A stretch of 64,000 nucleotides of DNA from Eledone cirrhosa (lineage: Eukaryota). The position numbers and the translations under genes are program-made. This document shows, piece by piece, positions 12,301 through 25,400 of the stretch. The notes beneath the pieces are model-generated. The model did no database searches. It saw only the letters and a program-made list of their open reading frames with translations, and was not told the origin of the DNA. Location: NCBI GenBank assembly GCA_964016885.1, contig OZ024750.1:13268001-13332000 (forward strand). The letters run 5' to 3'. Numbering within the stretch: the stretch's first letter is position 1; every line of letters starts with the position of its first letter.

Positions 12301-13354
12301 AGATAGGGTGTGGTAAAAACCAGGTGGACCATAACCCACCAGAGTACTCAATACTTGGGGTAGTAGAGTGGGTAATATGGAAAGATTCAGGACCTCGATG
12401 GCTGAGCTCCGGCCATTTCAACAGCAGATCTGAATCTTTTCATTATATATATATATATATATATATTATATATGTACAAGTATACAAAGACACCATACTT
12501 GAACACATACATATATATATATATAAACACTATATTCTTTGTTATTTGAAGTGTAGAAACGTCATTAGTAAATGTATCTATAAGACTCTGTAACACTGTT
12601 TATGCACCAAGTGACTATTTAGTAATGTTTGTTTACTCTTTCCTTGCAAGCACTGCCTCTAATTCTATTCTACACACACACACCACCACCATTGCCACTG
12701 CCACTAATGTGATCACCAACACTAAATCTGAGCCAATAAAAGAGACCTCTATGTGGGGAGTCGACCTGCAAGAAATAGCAACCAAATCCCCCCAAAAAAC
12801 ATCACACTGGATCACCTTAAAGAAGGAGAATATTGTCCTAGATATACAGAAAGGTGTAATAGTCATGGCTGGAATACTTTTTGATCATAGGTTAGCTTGG
12901 TAAATAGAGGATGACCAAGAAAGACCTAGGCAGAGGTTGTGAGAGCAGACCTCAAATTACTAAGACTGGCAGAGGAGATGATGAAGGAATGTGACAAGTG
13001 GAGAGATGCCATACTGAGACAGACCTGTCCAACCCATGCAAGCATGGAAAAGCGGGTGTAAAAACGATGATGTTGATGATGATGAACACATTCAGTACAT
13101 AACTACATACACAATAGCTTTTATTTTCCATAACTTAATATTTTTTTAATAATTTCAAAGCCCAGTTAATCATATGACAAATGTGGATTGTGTCAATGTT
13201 GACAAACAATAAGTAGAGCCATATATTACAGAGTAGAACATTAATATAACATTAATTAGGCCAGCATGTCTTTGTTTGACTCTTTTGTAGAATAAACACA
13301 TCTTTAGAATTGAATCTTGTTGGAACACACTGACATGTTATCACAGCTTATGCA

Positions 13355-13985
13355 TATAGCTATGTTTACAAAGTATATAGTTAAGTATACAAAGTGTATA
13401 GTTAGAATACTTAACTATATACTTACTAAGCCTAAGTATATAGTTAAGTATACTGAGTGTATAGTTAGGTTTAGTAGGTATATAGTTAAGTTTATGAAAT
13501 GTAAAGTATACTAATTATTTAGTTATGTTTACTGAATGTATAGTTATGTTTAGTAAGTACATAGGCTGACTATGAAAGAATGATGCTAGAGCTGTGAAAT
13601 CCTGTGTGCATTAATTTCAACTTTTCTTATTAATAACTGCATTGTTGAAAAATAAATCTCATTGTATGTTAAATATCTAGTTATATTTACTAATAATATA
13701 GTTAAGAATTCTAAGTATATAATTAAGTTTATTAATAATATAGTTAAGTTTACTAACTATATAGTTAAGTTTATTAATAATTGTTTCTACTTTTGGCACA
13801 AAGCCAGTAATTATCCCAGTACGTTACTGGTACTTTATTTTATCAACCTCATAAAGATGAAAGGCAAGGTTAACTTCGGCGGGATTTGAACTCACATCTT
13901 AAAGGGCCGTAACTCTATACTGCAAAGCATGGCGTCCGACCCTCTTCCAATACTGCCAATCCACTAAGTTAAGTTTACTAAGTAT
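13355..13985. repeat. Degenerate minisatellite, about 21-bp unit (tatatagttaagtttactaa)
   Basis: Units visible at 13360-13560 and 13670-13780, and again after the SINE. Confidence 0.75.
13777..13964 (-). mobile_element. SINE, same family, inserted in a 21-bp minisatellite
   Basis: Consensus match flanked on both sides by agttaagttta units. Confidence 0.85.
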
Positions 13986-16959
13986 AACTTCATACAATGA
14001 AGATTGTATTCTAAATATTTTCTCTGGAATGTTAAAGAGAAAATTAATAAAATATTTGAATATTTTAAAAGAAAACTTACCCAACTCTCAGACTCCACCC
14101 ATCTCTCACACTGCATCTTAATATTAGACAGCTTCTATATGGTTACTTGACATGTTAGAAATAACAACAAAATTCCCCTCTAACAATATTTTAAAGGCAG
14201 AAAGACAATGGATAATCTAGTACTGGATTTATTGTTTACAATAAGATGGTCATCACTCCAACAATTTGTCATCGTGCATGCAACTTACCCACAGATCCTT
14301 ACTCTGGGCTCTTAAAGTGTGTGTCACTGTTCTTCGGTATCAAAGAGATTTTGTTGTTGGTGCTTAGCTCTAAATTTATAGCACTAACTAAATAGAATAA
14401 CACCTCTATAAATCTGGATCAATTGGAGCCGGTTGGGGCTTCTGACAGGACCTGCTGGAAGGAGGGTTTGAGGACTCTGCCCCCATGACCCTCTCGGGTA
14501 GTTTGGTATCAAAAGGGTTAAAGTAAAAGAAAAATTATGATCAACAGGATTGATATGTCTTGGTAACGTGTTTGAAAATGCTGAAACATTGTTTTTTTTT
14601 TTAATGTTTATCTTTTGTACAAACATTAAGAGGGTGACTTTGAAATGGGGTTAAACTGTTAATATTTAATACTTTGTATTAATATTAAAAATGTGATAAG
14701 AATATAGTGAAAGGAAGAAGTGTTATTGTAAGAAGTATTAGTATATTTAATTGTAATTAAGCAACCGATTATAGATTAGTTAGGACTATTATAAAGCAAT
14801 ATTATAAAGACAAAATATTTAATTACATGTTACTGTTTTTGCTATAGCATATGTTAGTACCATTCATAGTTAGTACCAACTGTTAACTTGATCTTTCAGA
14901 TTTTTATTTAAAATTTATGTTTATTCTTAGGAGATCCAATTTATATTTATATAACAGGATATCACTTCCCTTCACTTTTCCCTTGACCCTGTCGTGCTTG
15001 CTTAGCAGTGAGTGTATCTTTGGGAAATACAACCAGACGGAGCCCATCCCTTTCTGGGCTACTTGACATACACCACAAGAAAAATTGGTGGCTTTCTCTA
15101 TAATTGCTTTCTATAATTGCTTTCTCTATAATTCTCTATATAGCAGCTGATGAAGAACATTGACAAGTAGTGAGATGCTGAGCTGGAGCAAACCACTACC
15201 CTCCTAGGAACAAGTAGGCAAAGAAGAAGTAAAACAACAACATCCAGTTTTGAGTTAAACATGAAATAGAAATAGCCTTATATATATATTGTTAAATTAA
15301 AGCTCTTTTGGTGTTTTGCATGAAGAGAAAGCTTTGTCAAGATAAAAGAAAGAAAACTGATAAATGTTTGTAAACTGGTAAAGTAAAAATGTGGCTATCT
15401 GGTGTCTAACTATTAGATATCTTCTAAAGACTGGGGTAAGAGTTGTCTCTACCAGTTACTGATCTGAGGGAGAAGGAAGAGAGGGCGAAGGGAAGCTGCT
15501 CAGGTTGCAGTATGTCAAGAGTAGCTGGACAGCTTTGAATTCTGGTTTATATAGTCAGGGTCTGGTTGGGAGGTACTGTGTTTTCATTGGTCCAATAAAT
15601 TAGTGAAACACAGTAACCAATCAAAAATTCATTTAGACAATTTGTTTTCAAGTATCTTTTTCAGTTAAAGATATAATTACAAAAAATATATATTTGTGAG
15701 ATGAAATCATGAAAAGAAAACAATGAAAATGTTGAACAATGAAGTTTATTAATGATGACAAATAGTTCTTTATTTATTATTTCTTTGTTATACATGAATG
15801 AATTTGCAATAGCAGCCATAATGTTTAATTTTTATAAAACATCAAGAACAAAATGTCAATGATTAAACACAGCCATAAAAAAAGATATACACAGCCTTGT
15901 TTGACAAGTATATATTTGTTTTTGTGGAGATTTTTTTTTTCTTAATTGTCAGAGGAAAATATAATTTCTATATATATATATATAGCAAGTAAAAAAATAG
16001 ATCACACTAATGTAGGATATGTCAATATTTCAAACTTGAGAGTGAAATATGTTGAAAATGTTTTAAAACAAAAATAATACACATTGGAGAAAATAAAAAG
16101 AGGCAACAGCTAAACTGACACATGAAAATTATAGAGAAGCTTTAGAACAGTTAACAACCAGAAATATATATTATGAGATCAATAGTTAAGAAGATATTGA
16201 TTGCAACTTCACATTCTTTGTTGTGTTGATTGATTTAGCTTGGATTTGCTTATTAACAATTGTGGTTTATGTTTAAAATTAAAGAGCTCAAATGATAATT
16301 TAGGGATGATGCTAAATATTTAATGTCAATAAAAATTATTATTTTTTAGCTAATTCAAGTTCATAATGTTATCAATAAGTTCTAAAAATACAAAATTCAG
16401 CATTTTAGGAGTTTTATTGCAGCCTGGTACTTATACTATCACATTATGTTGAACTACTAGGTTTAAATATATAAAGAGATAGCAAGATAAACAACATCAG
16501 TTTTAGACTCTAAGCAAACATAGACATTCCAACAACCACATTCTACCACTCTCACAATTACCTATCCCTATTACTATCAATTACTCACTCTCCCTTACAA
16601 CTTATCTTTATTGCTATCCTGTCACACTGCTCATGCTGTTATTATTCAACCTCCAGCCATCAACCAACTCATACCTATCACTTCCTCCTCCATTACTCTC
16701 TCCTTTACTATTCTAACACTATTACTCAGCTTCCTTATAGTCATAATCTCTCCTCTTCCCTCAGGAGTCAACAGTCCCCTTCTATTCTCAACCACATTTA
16801 AAGTGGTTGTAAAACCTACTACAGTCAGTAGGCATCTCTATCAAAACACCCCCCCCCCCGTCCCACCACCTCCACCCCATCCACACCGCCCCTTTCAATG
16901 TACAGTTATGTTGGTCCCACAACATCCAGGCCGAAACAAATGAGATCGTGTGTCACGAC

Positions 16960-17195
16960 AAAAAAACACACAGTCCACGCTGTAAATGTGGCCGTGTAGG
17001 CAACACGGTAAAAACCTCCCAGCCCCACACTGTAAATGTGGTTGGTGTTAGGAAGGGCATCCAGCTGTAGAAAACCCGCCAGACAGTCCTATGCGAGCAA
17101 GACAACCACTCTTGCCTCAAGTGGGAAAACCCCCGTCCAAACCCATGCAAGCGTGGAACACGGACGCTAAACCTGATGATGATGATGATGATGAT
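16960..17195 (+). mobile_element. RTE-tail-like interspersed repeat ending in (GAT)n (other copies about 2385-2550, 12065-12260, 12900-13085, 19550-19930, 26095-26290, 33850-33950, 41283-41470)
   Basis: gtggttggtgttaggaagggcatccagctgtagaaa ... ccatgcaagcgtggaa..cggacg.taaa..tgatgatgat. Confidence 0.65.
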
Positions 17196-17547
17196 TTACA
17201 TGGAAAGAACATAGACTACAGGAAGTAGAGAGGATCATTTAACCTTGCAGGAGACATGGTAACTACCCCCTCTATCTCTATCTCTTTTTCTCTAGTGTTG
17301 GTGCTATGTTAAATGCACCACGTACACTCTGTATGACAAGTGTGATGGAATTTAAAGGGCTGGTGGTAGGGAGAAAAAGGATGAAGAAGTATGTCATGGT
17401 TTCTGTAAGATAGAGTGATGGTGAGAACAATTTCCAAAGAGCTATTACTGGTGTGGTGGAATTTAACAGGAGGTCTGAAGGAGAAAAAGAGTTGGGAGTT
17501 ATCTTGGGTGGAGTTTAGGGTTAGAGATACAGTGATGGCCAAGACCA

Positions 17548-17865
17548 CTGTCTCACTGCCATGTAGCATTGTAATGTGCACACAAATATCATACAGTATA
17601 CCATTCACTCAGGGAGAGAAGCCCCTTTTGACAACAGCAGTTCCCTAAACTTCTTCCAGTCTGTTCTAACTCTAGCTACTACACTTTCTGAGCATCCTTC
17701 CTCACTGGTGATTTTGTTACCTTGGTAACAAAAGCTGTCAAGTTCTAGGGAGCATTGAGGGACTCTATTTCATATATGCTATTAGCTTTTATTTCTAATT
17801 TATATATCGAGCCTATCTTCCCCCTTAACCTGTATGTAATCCCACTAAGTCTTTAGGGTGTCCAT
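17548..17865 (-). mobile_element. Degenerate RTE LINE internal fragment
   Basis: WT..R.SGIT.RL ... DSFCYQGNKITSEEGCSESVVARVRTDWKKFREL ... LYDICVHITMLHGSET, with in-frame stops. Confidence 0.75.
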
Positions 17866-17897
17866 ACAAAGGGATTCTCAATTCAACTGACTTAAAG

Positions 17898-18300
17898 ATT
17901 GTGCAATAGTTGTAATGGTGGTAAAACATAGATTTTGAATGTCATAGATGTACAAAGGCTGGAAAGAAATGAAGTAGGCATAGTTCACTGGATGTCTAAT
18001 GCTAATTTGAAAAAGAAAATGTCAGAACAACTGAATCCTTTAATACCCAGATTTTCTTTCTAGTTGACATGTGATGAGTGTAGAGGATAATAGTTGGGTA
18101 AAGAAGTGATCAAAATAGATAGAACCTATGGTAAAGGTAGACCGCAGAAAACATGGAAAGAAATTGTGAAGGTTGATTATAATACTGAACCTTATGAAGC
18201 AGATGACAAAGGACCACAACAAGTGGAAAGAGAGAAACACTCTGCTGGAGAAATAAATGTAAAAGCATGGAGAAATAAATATAAAATGATGATGATGATT
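17898..18300 (+). mobile_element. Degenerate RTE LINE 3' fragment
   Basis: LNVIDVQRLERNEVGIVHWM ... GKGRPQKTWKEIVK and a (GAT)n tail. Confidence 0.7.
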
Positions 18301-18500
18301 GATCGATTTTTTTTAAAAAATATCTTTAAGTGATATACATACATTAAGGATTAAAACTGATATATGAATTAAGTTTTAGTGATATTAGTATTTAGTATTG
18401 CTTATACAATGTGTTACTGCATTTTCTTTATCTTATTTACACCCACCAGTGAAAGCATTAAAGAGCTCTTTAGTGTATATTTAGATATTAGAATATAGAG

Positions 18501-18782
18501 CAGTGATTCCCAACATAGAGCACATACTCCACGTGGGGGTTGGGGGTAATTTGAAAATGATATTAATGAGAACCTTATTACTTTTACACCAAAGCAACTT
18601 TGGTACACATTACTGTTGGAACTCCTGTCTTACCTCCTCCAAACATGTTATTGTGTATCTGGCACCACCTGTACACCAATTTGTCTACATTTTGCTGTTT
18701 TCATATCAGTGGTGGAGGGGGATGGACATAAGTTTTGAGATGCTGAGGTGGGGCATGGTGCACAAAAGGTTGGGAACCACTG
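18501..18782. mobile_element. Older hAT MITE
   Basis: TIRs CAGTGATTCCCAAC / GTTGGGAACCACTG; degenerate 8-bp flanks atatagag and ctttaaag. Confidence 0.7.
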
Positions 18783-18971
18783 CTTTAAAGTTAGATTTAA
18801 ATTTTTTATGGCGTGGATTAATTGCATTGAAGAAAACTACAATAAGGTATGTGTCAGTTTGCTGATTAAAAAAAAATGAGAGAAGGAGATAGAAAGAATG
18901 GTGATTGGCTTTGTATTAATAATGATTCAAATATAATTAATAATGCTTGGGCCATCTTAAACAATACTCAC

Positions 18972-19422
18972 ATTGTGCAACCTTTGAAGAAGTTCATCAT
19001 CTTTCTGGGCTGCATTATTGTAATCATACGGTGTCGCCATTACAGTAGACAAATCAAATGGCTCAGAAGATATTAGTTCCTGCATAGCTTTATCATTTAG
19101 ATTGGAAACTTTCACATCATTAATAAGATTGTCATTTGAATGATTTTTCATGGGACTATCTAATGACAGGTTTTGGGAAGGAAGAATTTGTTCAGGTTCT
19201 TCATACATTTGTTGAAGTGGATATGAAGGTTTTCTCTGAGGATGTGGAGCTACTTTTAAAGTGTCATTTGTTTTTGGATAAACCTTTGGTTGATCTGAAG
19301 AAATTGAGTTAATTTCACTCCAAAGTTCGTTTAGTTCTGCTAATGATTGTTTTATTTTGTGTAATCTTGCCATAATAATACTTGAAGCTTTGGCATCTTC
19401 CTTTATGATATGTTTACTGTTT
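18972..19422 (-). CDS. SESTD1: SESTD1-like exon 16: ENSKHIIKEDAKASSIIMARLHKIKQSLAELNELW...AAQKDDELLQRLHN
   Basis: tttcag| ... AAT|GTGAGT, 451 nt, phase 2-0; matches track ORF 18957-19373. Read-through of the donor gives VSIV then a stop at 18957. Confidence 0.85.
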
Positions 19423-22400
19423 CTGAAAAATTATTAAATAAACAGATTAGGAAATTAAAGGAGCTCAGTTGAACACCTAAATTATATTTCGCAAAATAAT
19501 AGAGATAATTTTACACAAACAAAAGAGTTAAGAGGACCCTTCTATTGTGTCACAAATACAACAACTTCCTTAGTGTTGGGGCCACAATAAAATGTACCCA
19601 AGACACTCTAAAGTGGTTGGTTTTAGTAAGGATATCCAGCCAGAGAAATCATGTCAAACAAAAGGTTGAAAGGACTTTTCAGTTGTGTCAAGGATGTGAC
19701 AATCACATCAGTGCTGGTGCTATAGTAAAATACACCCAGTACACTCTGGAAAGTGGTTGGTGGTAGGATGGACTTCCAGCTATAGAAAACATGCCAGAAC
19801 TGGAATGTAAGTAAGCAAGAAAAAAGACAGTACTTCTGATTAAGTACTCACTTGGTCTGAAATGACCTATTCAAAACATGTACAAGCATGGAAAAATGGA
19901 CATTAAATGATGACTGATGATGATCATCATCATCATAGTTTATAAATAATGTATTTCTTGACCTCACATTTATTGAAAACAAAGTCACTGTTAGCAGGAT
20001 TGGATTTCAAGTTTAATTTTTATGACTAAGTTGTGTGAAAGACCTGACAACCTTTCTCGTGGTGGGTCTACAATAAAATACACCCAGTACACTCTGTAGA
20101 ATGTGGAATTTTATGTAAGCAAGATATTTTTCCCAGCCTGTCCAAGAGGTCAATAGTCCTAAATACTGACTTGGGCTATACTAATCTGTCCAACCCTTGC
20201 TAGCAGAGGAAACAGATGTTAAATGATGATATATATATATATATATATATATATTTACAATGGGCTTCTGTACAGTTTCTGTCTACCAAATTCACTCATA
20301 AGGCATTGATCACCCAGAAGACACTTGTCTAAGATGCCACATGGTGAGATCAAATCTGAAACCATATGATTACATATATACATATATACTTACTCCTCCA
20401 GTACAATTATTGGTAAAGCAAGTCTTTGTAGTAAAGCTTTACCCATATCAATAGTTTCCTGGGCATCAACCAATAGATTATCTTTAACGATTTGATGTTT
20501 GTTTTTCACCTCAGGTTGCATTGGTAGTGGGCGCTCAATCAGATCAAACAATGTTGTGAACAGCTGATCAATACGGTTTAGAATCTGTTTAGATAGAAAA
20601 TTACAAAGAAAGTTATATATAAACTGAAGATTAGGGATGACAAATCACACATACAACTTCTAGTAACAGAATATGTGCCTTTGTCAATAAAAAATATGAA
20701 ACTGCTAGTTTTTTGAATGCTAAACTAATATCATGCATTTATAAATCTATATGTATAAAGACTTCTCAGTTACAAATGACCATGGGTTTTTCACCTAGAA
20801 ACTTCTCCTCCAAGGCACAAGACCAGCAGTTGCCTGTGCATATCAGTCTCCCCTTTTATGTCACCAATGTTGTCCAAGGGAAAAGCAAAGGCCAATACAG
20901 CTCAGCAGCAGTGATATTGCAGCTAATTTCTTCAGCTGAGTGAAGTAAAGTGTCTTGCTGAAGAACACAACACAACATCTAGTCTAGGAATTGAACTCAT
21001 AACCTGTTTAGAGCATTGTAAGCCCAATGCTCTAACCACTAAGCCATGTGCCTTCATATATAGGTAAGAGTAATATATATTAAATTCCAGCATAAAATAT
21101 TTCACCAGTGCCATTCCAGTAAGATGACTAGAGTTATTTTAAGTTCATATTTTCTCTTGAGATAAACTAAGACGAAAGGAATAATCTATTTGTGAATCTC
21201 AATCAAACAATCATTCTTTATTGTTTTGCTATTTTTTCAAGGAATGTATTTCCAGATTAAACATTACCATTTTACCCTAAACAGATTTTATGTAATTTTG
21301 TTGTTTCTTTATTAGATGCCTATTAGTCCAAGTAAGTCTTATAAACTCACATATTTATAAACACTATATAAATGAGTAGTAGCACTAACATTAACATGAT
21401 TCATAATGGAGCTGTCTATGAAAGCATATACAATATGTTTATGTATAATAAACATATATATATACTGTATATCTCTTGCTATGACTGTTTTAAACTGTAA
21501 ACATGTCACAGTGATCTCAGTAGTCTACAACTCATTTACATACAATCACACACATTACCAGCTGCATTTGGCTAAAACAATTTGTGACACCACTTATGCT
21601 CTAACACAACAAATGTAGTATTAAAGAAAGCAGCTAGTTGAAAATATGGAATAAAGGGACGTAACTATGCTGGAAAGCATGTCTGACCCTCTACCGATAC
21701 TGCAAATTCACCGCCCTAAAATAAATAATAACATCATGAAAATCTCGTAGATTCCATATTATGTGAGATAAAGCCTTTACCATGAAAATATAACAGTAAT
21801 GTAAATACTAAAGGGTTAATAGATGTTGTTACCTCATCAGAGGAAGTCATAAACATTACTGATACAGTAAGCCGGTTGGTCCGTTCTAAAGTTCCTTGAG
21901 AAAATTTCTTCCAAGCTCTTTCAAGTTTTTCAGCAATTAAATTATTTCCCTCTAAATCATATCTTAATGACCGTCTTAAAAAGAGAGCAGCTTCTAGGAG
22001 TTCCTTTCCATAATGGTAGGTCTCCTAGAGGAATAGAACAGATAAATAATTCACATTAATTAACGTAGAAATAAACAACCAATTAAAAAACAAGTAATGA
22101 AGGAATACAGTGAAAACTTATTATTGTTATTAGGTTAAATTCTTTTTTCATGTTAAAACTCTGGCATGCTGATTCTTGACCACATTGGTTTGGGTCACTT
22201 CTGTCCTTGCTAAAGTAAGGGATATATATATTCATTGTATTAAGGCTAAATAGTGAGTCTTGTTACTCTGGAGTTTTGCCTGTTTACCACAGGGTCATCA
22301 GACAAGATGACCCTGTGATGAAGCATTCTATCCAACATTCTAACGACTGTCAATCCACCACCTAATGTAATAAAAGATTAAAATAAAATATCTTACAAGA

Positions 22401-25400
22401 GCTGTGGACTCAAACCGTTTATGGTCTTCTTGCAGTTTTTCAGCATCTTCTTTGGACTGCCCCATTTCAGTATGATTTTTTACCATTACTTCACATAACT
22501 CTAAAATCCATTGGACAGCCTATAGTTAAAGAAAAAGAAACTGTTGTAAACTGTTATAATAAACAGTTTTTATAAACTGTTATTGTAAACTGTTATTGTA
22601 AACTTATTATAAACCGTTTTTATAAACTGTTATTATAAACTGTTATTATAAACCGTTATTATAAACTGTTATTATAAACTGTTATAATTATTTTTGATAT
22701 TTTGCAAGATAAATAAATAATTCAGATTAATTTTTAAATAAACAATGATGGTGATGATATTTAGGTTATTAACAAAAATTATTTATCTCCATTATAAAAA
22801 TAGGTATCTCAGTAATTACTCAGGTTAGTATTCTCATTAATTATTTTACGATAGAAAATTAACAGTATGAAACCTGATCAGCGTCTTTTTCACATGTAAA
22901 AAGTTGCAAGCTTTGCTGTATTTTAAGTCGTCTAACATCAGCAAGTTCATCACATCGTAACTTTCTCTCTTGTAACTCTTCAACACTTTTATTAATGTGT
23001 TTTATTTGGTTAGAATAGTCTGGTGTGATGTCTACTCCATTAGAGTTTTTCATCGGTCGAGACATTTCATCAAAAAGACTTTGTCCATCATTTAGAGTTT
23101 GAAGAGCTAACTGATCTAAACAGAGGAAAGTTCAACAGAATTAATATAAATGTTGTAAATAGGAAAATAAATCTGACATATTTTTAGAAATGAAGAAAAT
23201 CTCGGATGCAGGAGAATAGCAGTGAAAACAACTTTGGAAAATCAGGTAAAATTAACTCCTATCGACAAAAAAAAAATTACCACTAGCCACTTTTTCCGTC
23301 TATAGGGGTTATTTTTACCCAATTTCCTATAGCTGTTTTCACAGTTATTTTCCTGTGTCTGAGATTTTCTTCATTTCTAAAAATATTTCAAATCATTTAA
23401 TGCTTCAATGTTTATTTACAAAAATATTCTCAAACTTGATATAATTTTGCATACTAAAAGAATATGACCATGAATACAAACAGTCAAATTGGGGTTCCTC
23501 CAAAGGGCCTTTGAAGAAATGTTATTCAATATGGTGTGTAGCTTGGAGATCAGGTATCACTCCAGGTAGAGCTGTTACTTCTCCACATTCAGATATCACA
23601 ACTCCAGTACTACGAGCAAGTTGGTTGGATAACATTGTTCCATAAGAAAAAGAAGTAGTAGTAGCAGTAGCATCAGTTGTAGTAGTAGTAGTTTGAGTAG
23701 TTGTTGTTGTTACACAGCATAAATAGTTATAACAAGACCATTTAGAAAGTAAAATAAAAGATAAGGTACCTATGTCCTTGCATTTCTCATTGAGGTTATT
23801 AAGTTCAGTTGTAGCCATGACAGAACTTTCTGGTTTAGTTTCAGAACACAGCAACTCCAGCAATTCATCCAAATGTAATGATAACTGAAAATATAGGAGA
23901 TAAAAGTATAGGGGATAAATGTATAGGGCATTCAAAGTATAGGAGATAAAGGTATAGGTGATAAAAGTATAGGGAATAAAAGTTTTGGGGTAAATGTATA
24001 GGGCATAAAAGAATAGCTGATAAAGAATGCAGGATAAAAGTATAGGGGATAAATGTATAGGGAACAAAATATAGATGATAAAGAATTGCTATATAAATTT
24101 TACTGACAAAACTAACCAGCAGGAAACCCAGGGTGGTGGTGGTAGTGATGGAGGTGTTGGAGATGTGGTAACAAAAGGGTTTATAATTTATAGAAAATAA
24201 TTCATATAATAGATTATGAGTAGCAAATTAACTTACGTCTTCAGCAAAACGATGGCAGCGGACTGAGGTTATTAATAAAATCTTGCGTCTTTCTAATCTA
24301 CTTGCAAAACTCCGACAGACTGTATCCATATAGTCTCTTTGTGCAAGGATATCATCAGAATAGCTTAGGTCCTCTTCAACAAGTTTTTCAGCTTTATGTC
24401 TCAATTCAGCATAATTTCCATATGTTTCCTACAAAATCAGATACAACAGTGAATTAATTTTTCAGAAAAAAATTAAATACTGATATTAACAAAGGTAAGA
24501 ATTAGTCGAATTTTATTAATATATCGGAATTGAAATTTAATATACAAACCTATCATTTTAAATTGATAATATAATTTCTTTTTGAATTTTATTTCTGAGG
24601 TTTGTATATTAAATTTTAATCCACATATAATACAGAAATATATGAGTGCACATTTCCAAGCAGGTATAAAGTTTGTAAGTAATAATTATTTCTTCAATAA
24701 GTTATGTTTTTATATGTTGTAAAGCAGAAAATTATTTAATAGTAAATGTTGAGAAAACCCTACATTATAGTTGGCAAGAAAATATATTTGGTATGCAATA
24801 TCATTAATACTGTTATTGAGAAACACTGTTATTGAGAAACACTGGCACAGAAACATTGTTTTGGCAATGTTAACCTCAATAGATGCATTAGGATAGTTTT
24901 GTTTTATTTTTCCTTTTGTATGCTTTAAACATAAGTAGTCTGACCTGTATAAAACCAAACAATATGGAAACTAGAGTCAAACTTATTGAAGTTACATAAC
25001 ACAATGAAAGAGTGTAACATAGCTTACATTTACTGGAATGTACAGTGAACAGAACAAAAGCAGCATTATAATACTGGCATAGAATCATTCATATTGAAAT
25101 AAATGATGCTGTTGAGATAAGTTAAAACTAAAAGATTCTGTGAAGGAATGGAAGTCTACATCTAAAAAGTGAAGTATTTCCATGTTTATATTACTAAGCT
25201 AAGAAGTGTTTCTCTATAAATAAATGGATGGAATGGACTGGAGCTTCATCACTTTCAACAAACACTGTATTATTTGTTTAAGCAACAGAGCATCATGCTC
25301 CTGTATAGGTCACTGGGCATTCCACAGATATGTGTGTCCTTAATTCCCAGGGAGATTCAGCATGACACAGTTTGAAATAGTAAAAACAAGTTGAAATGAT

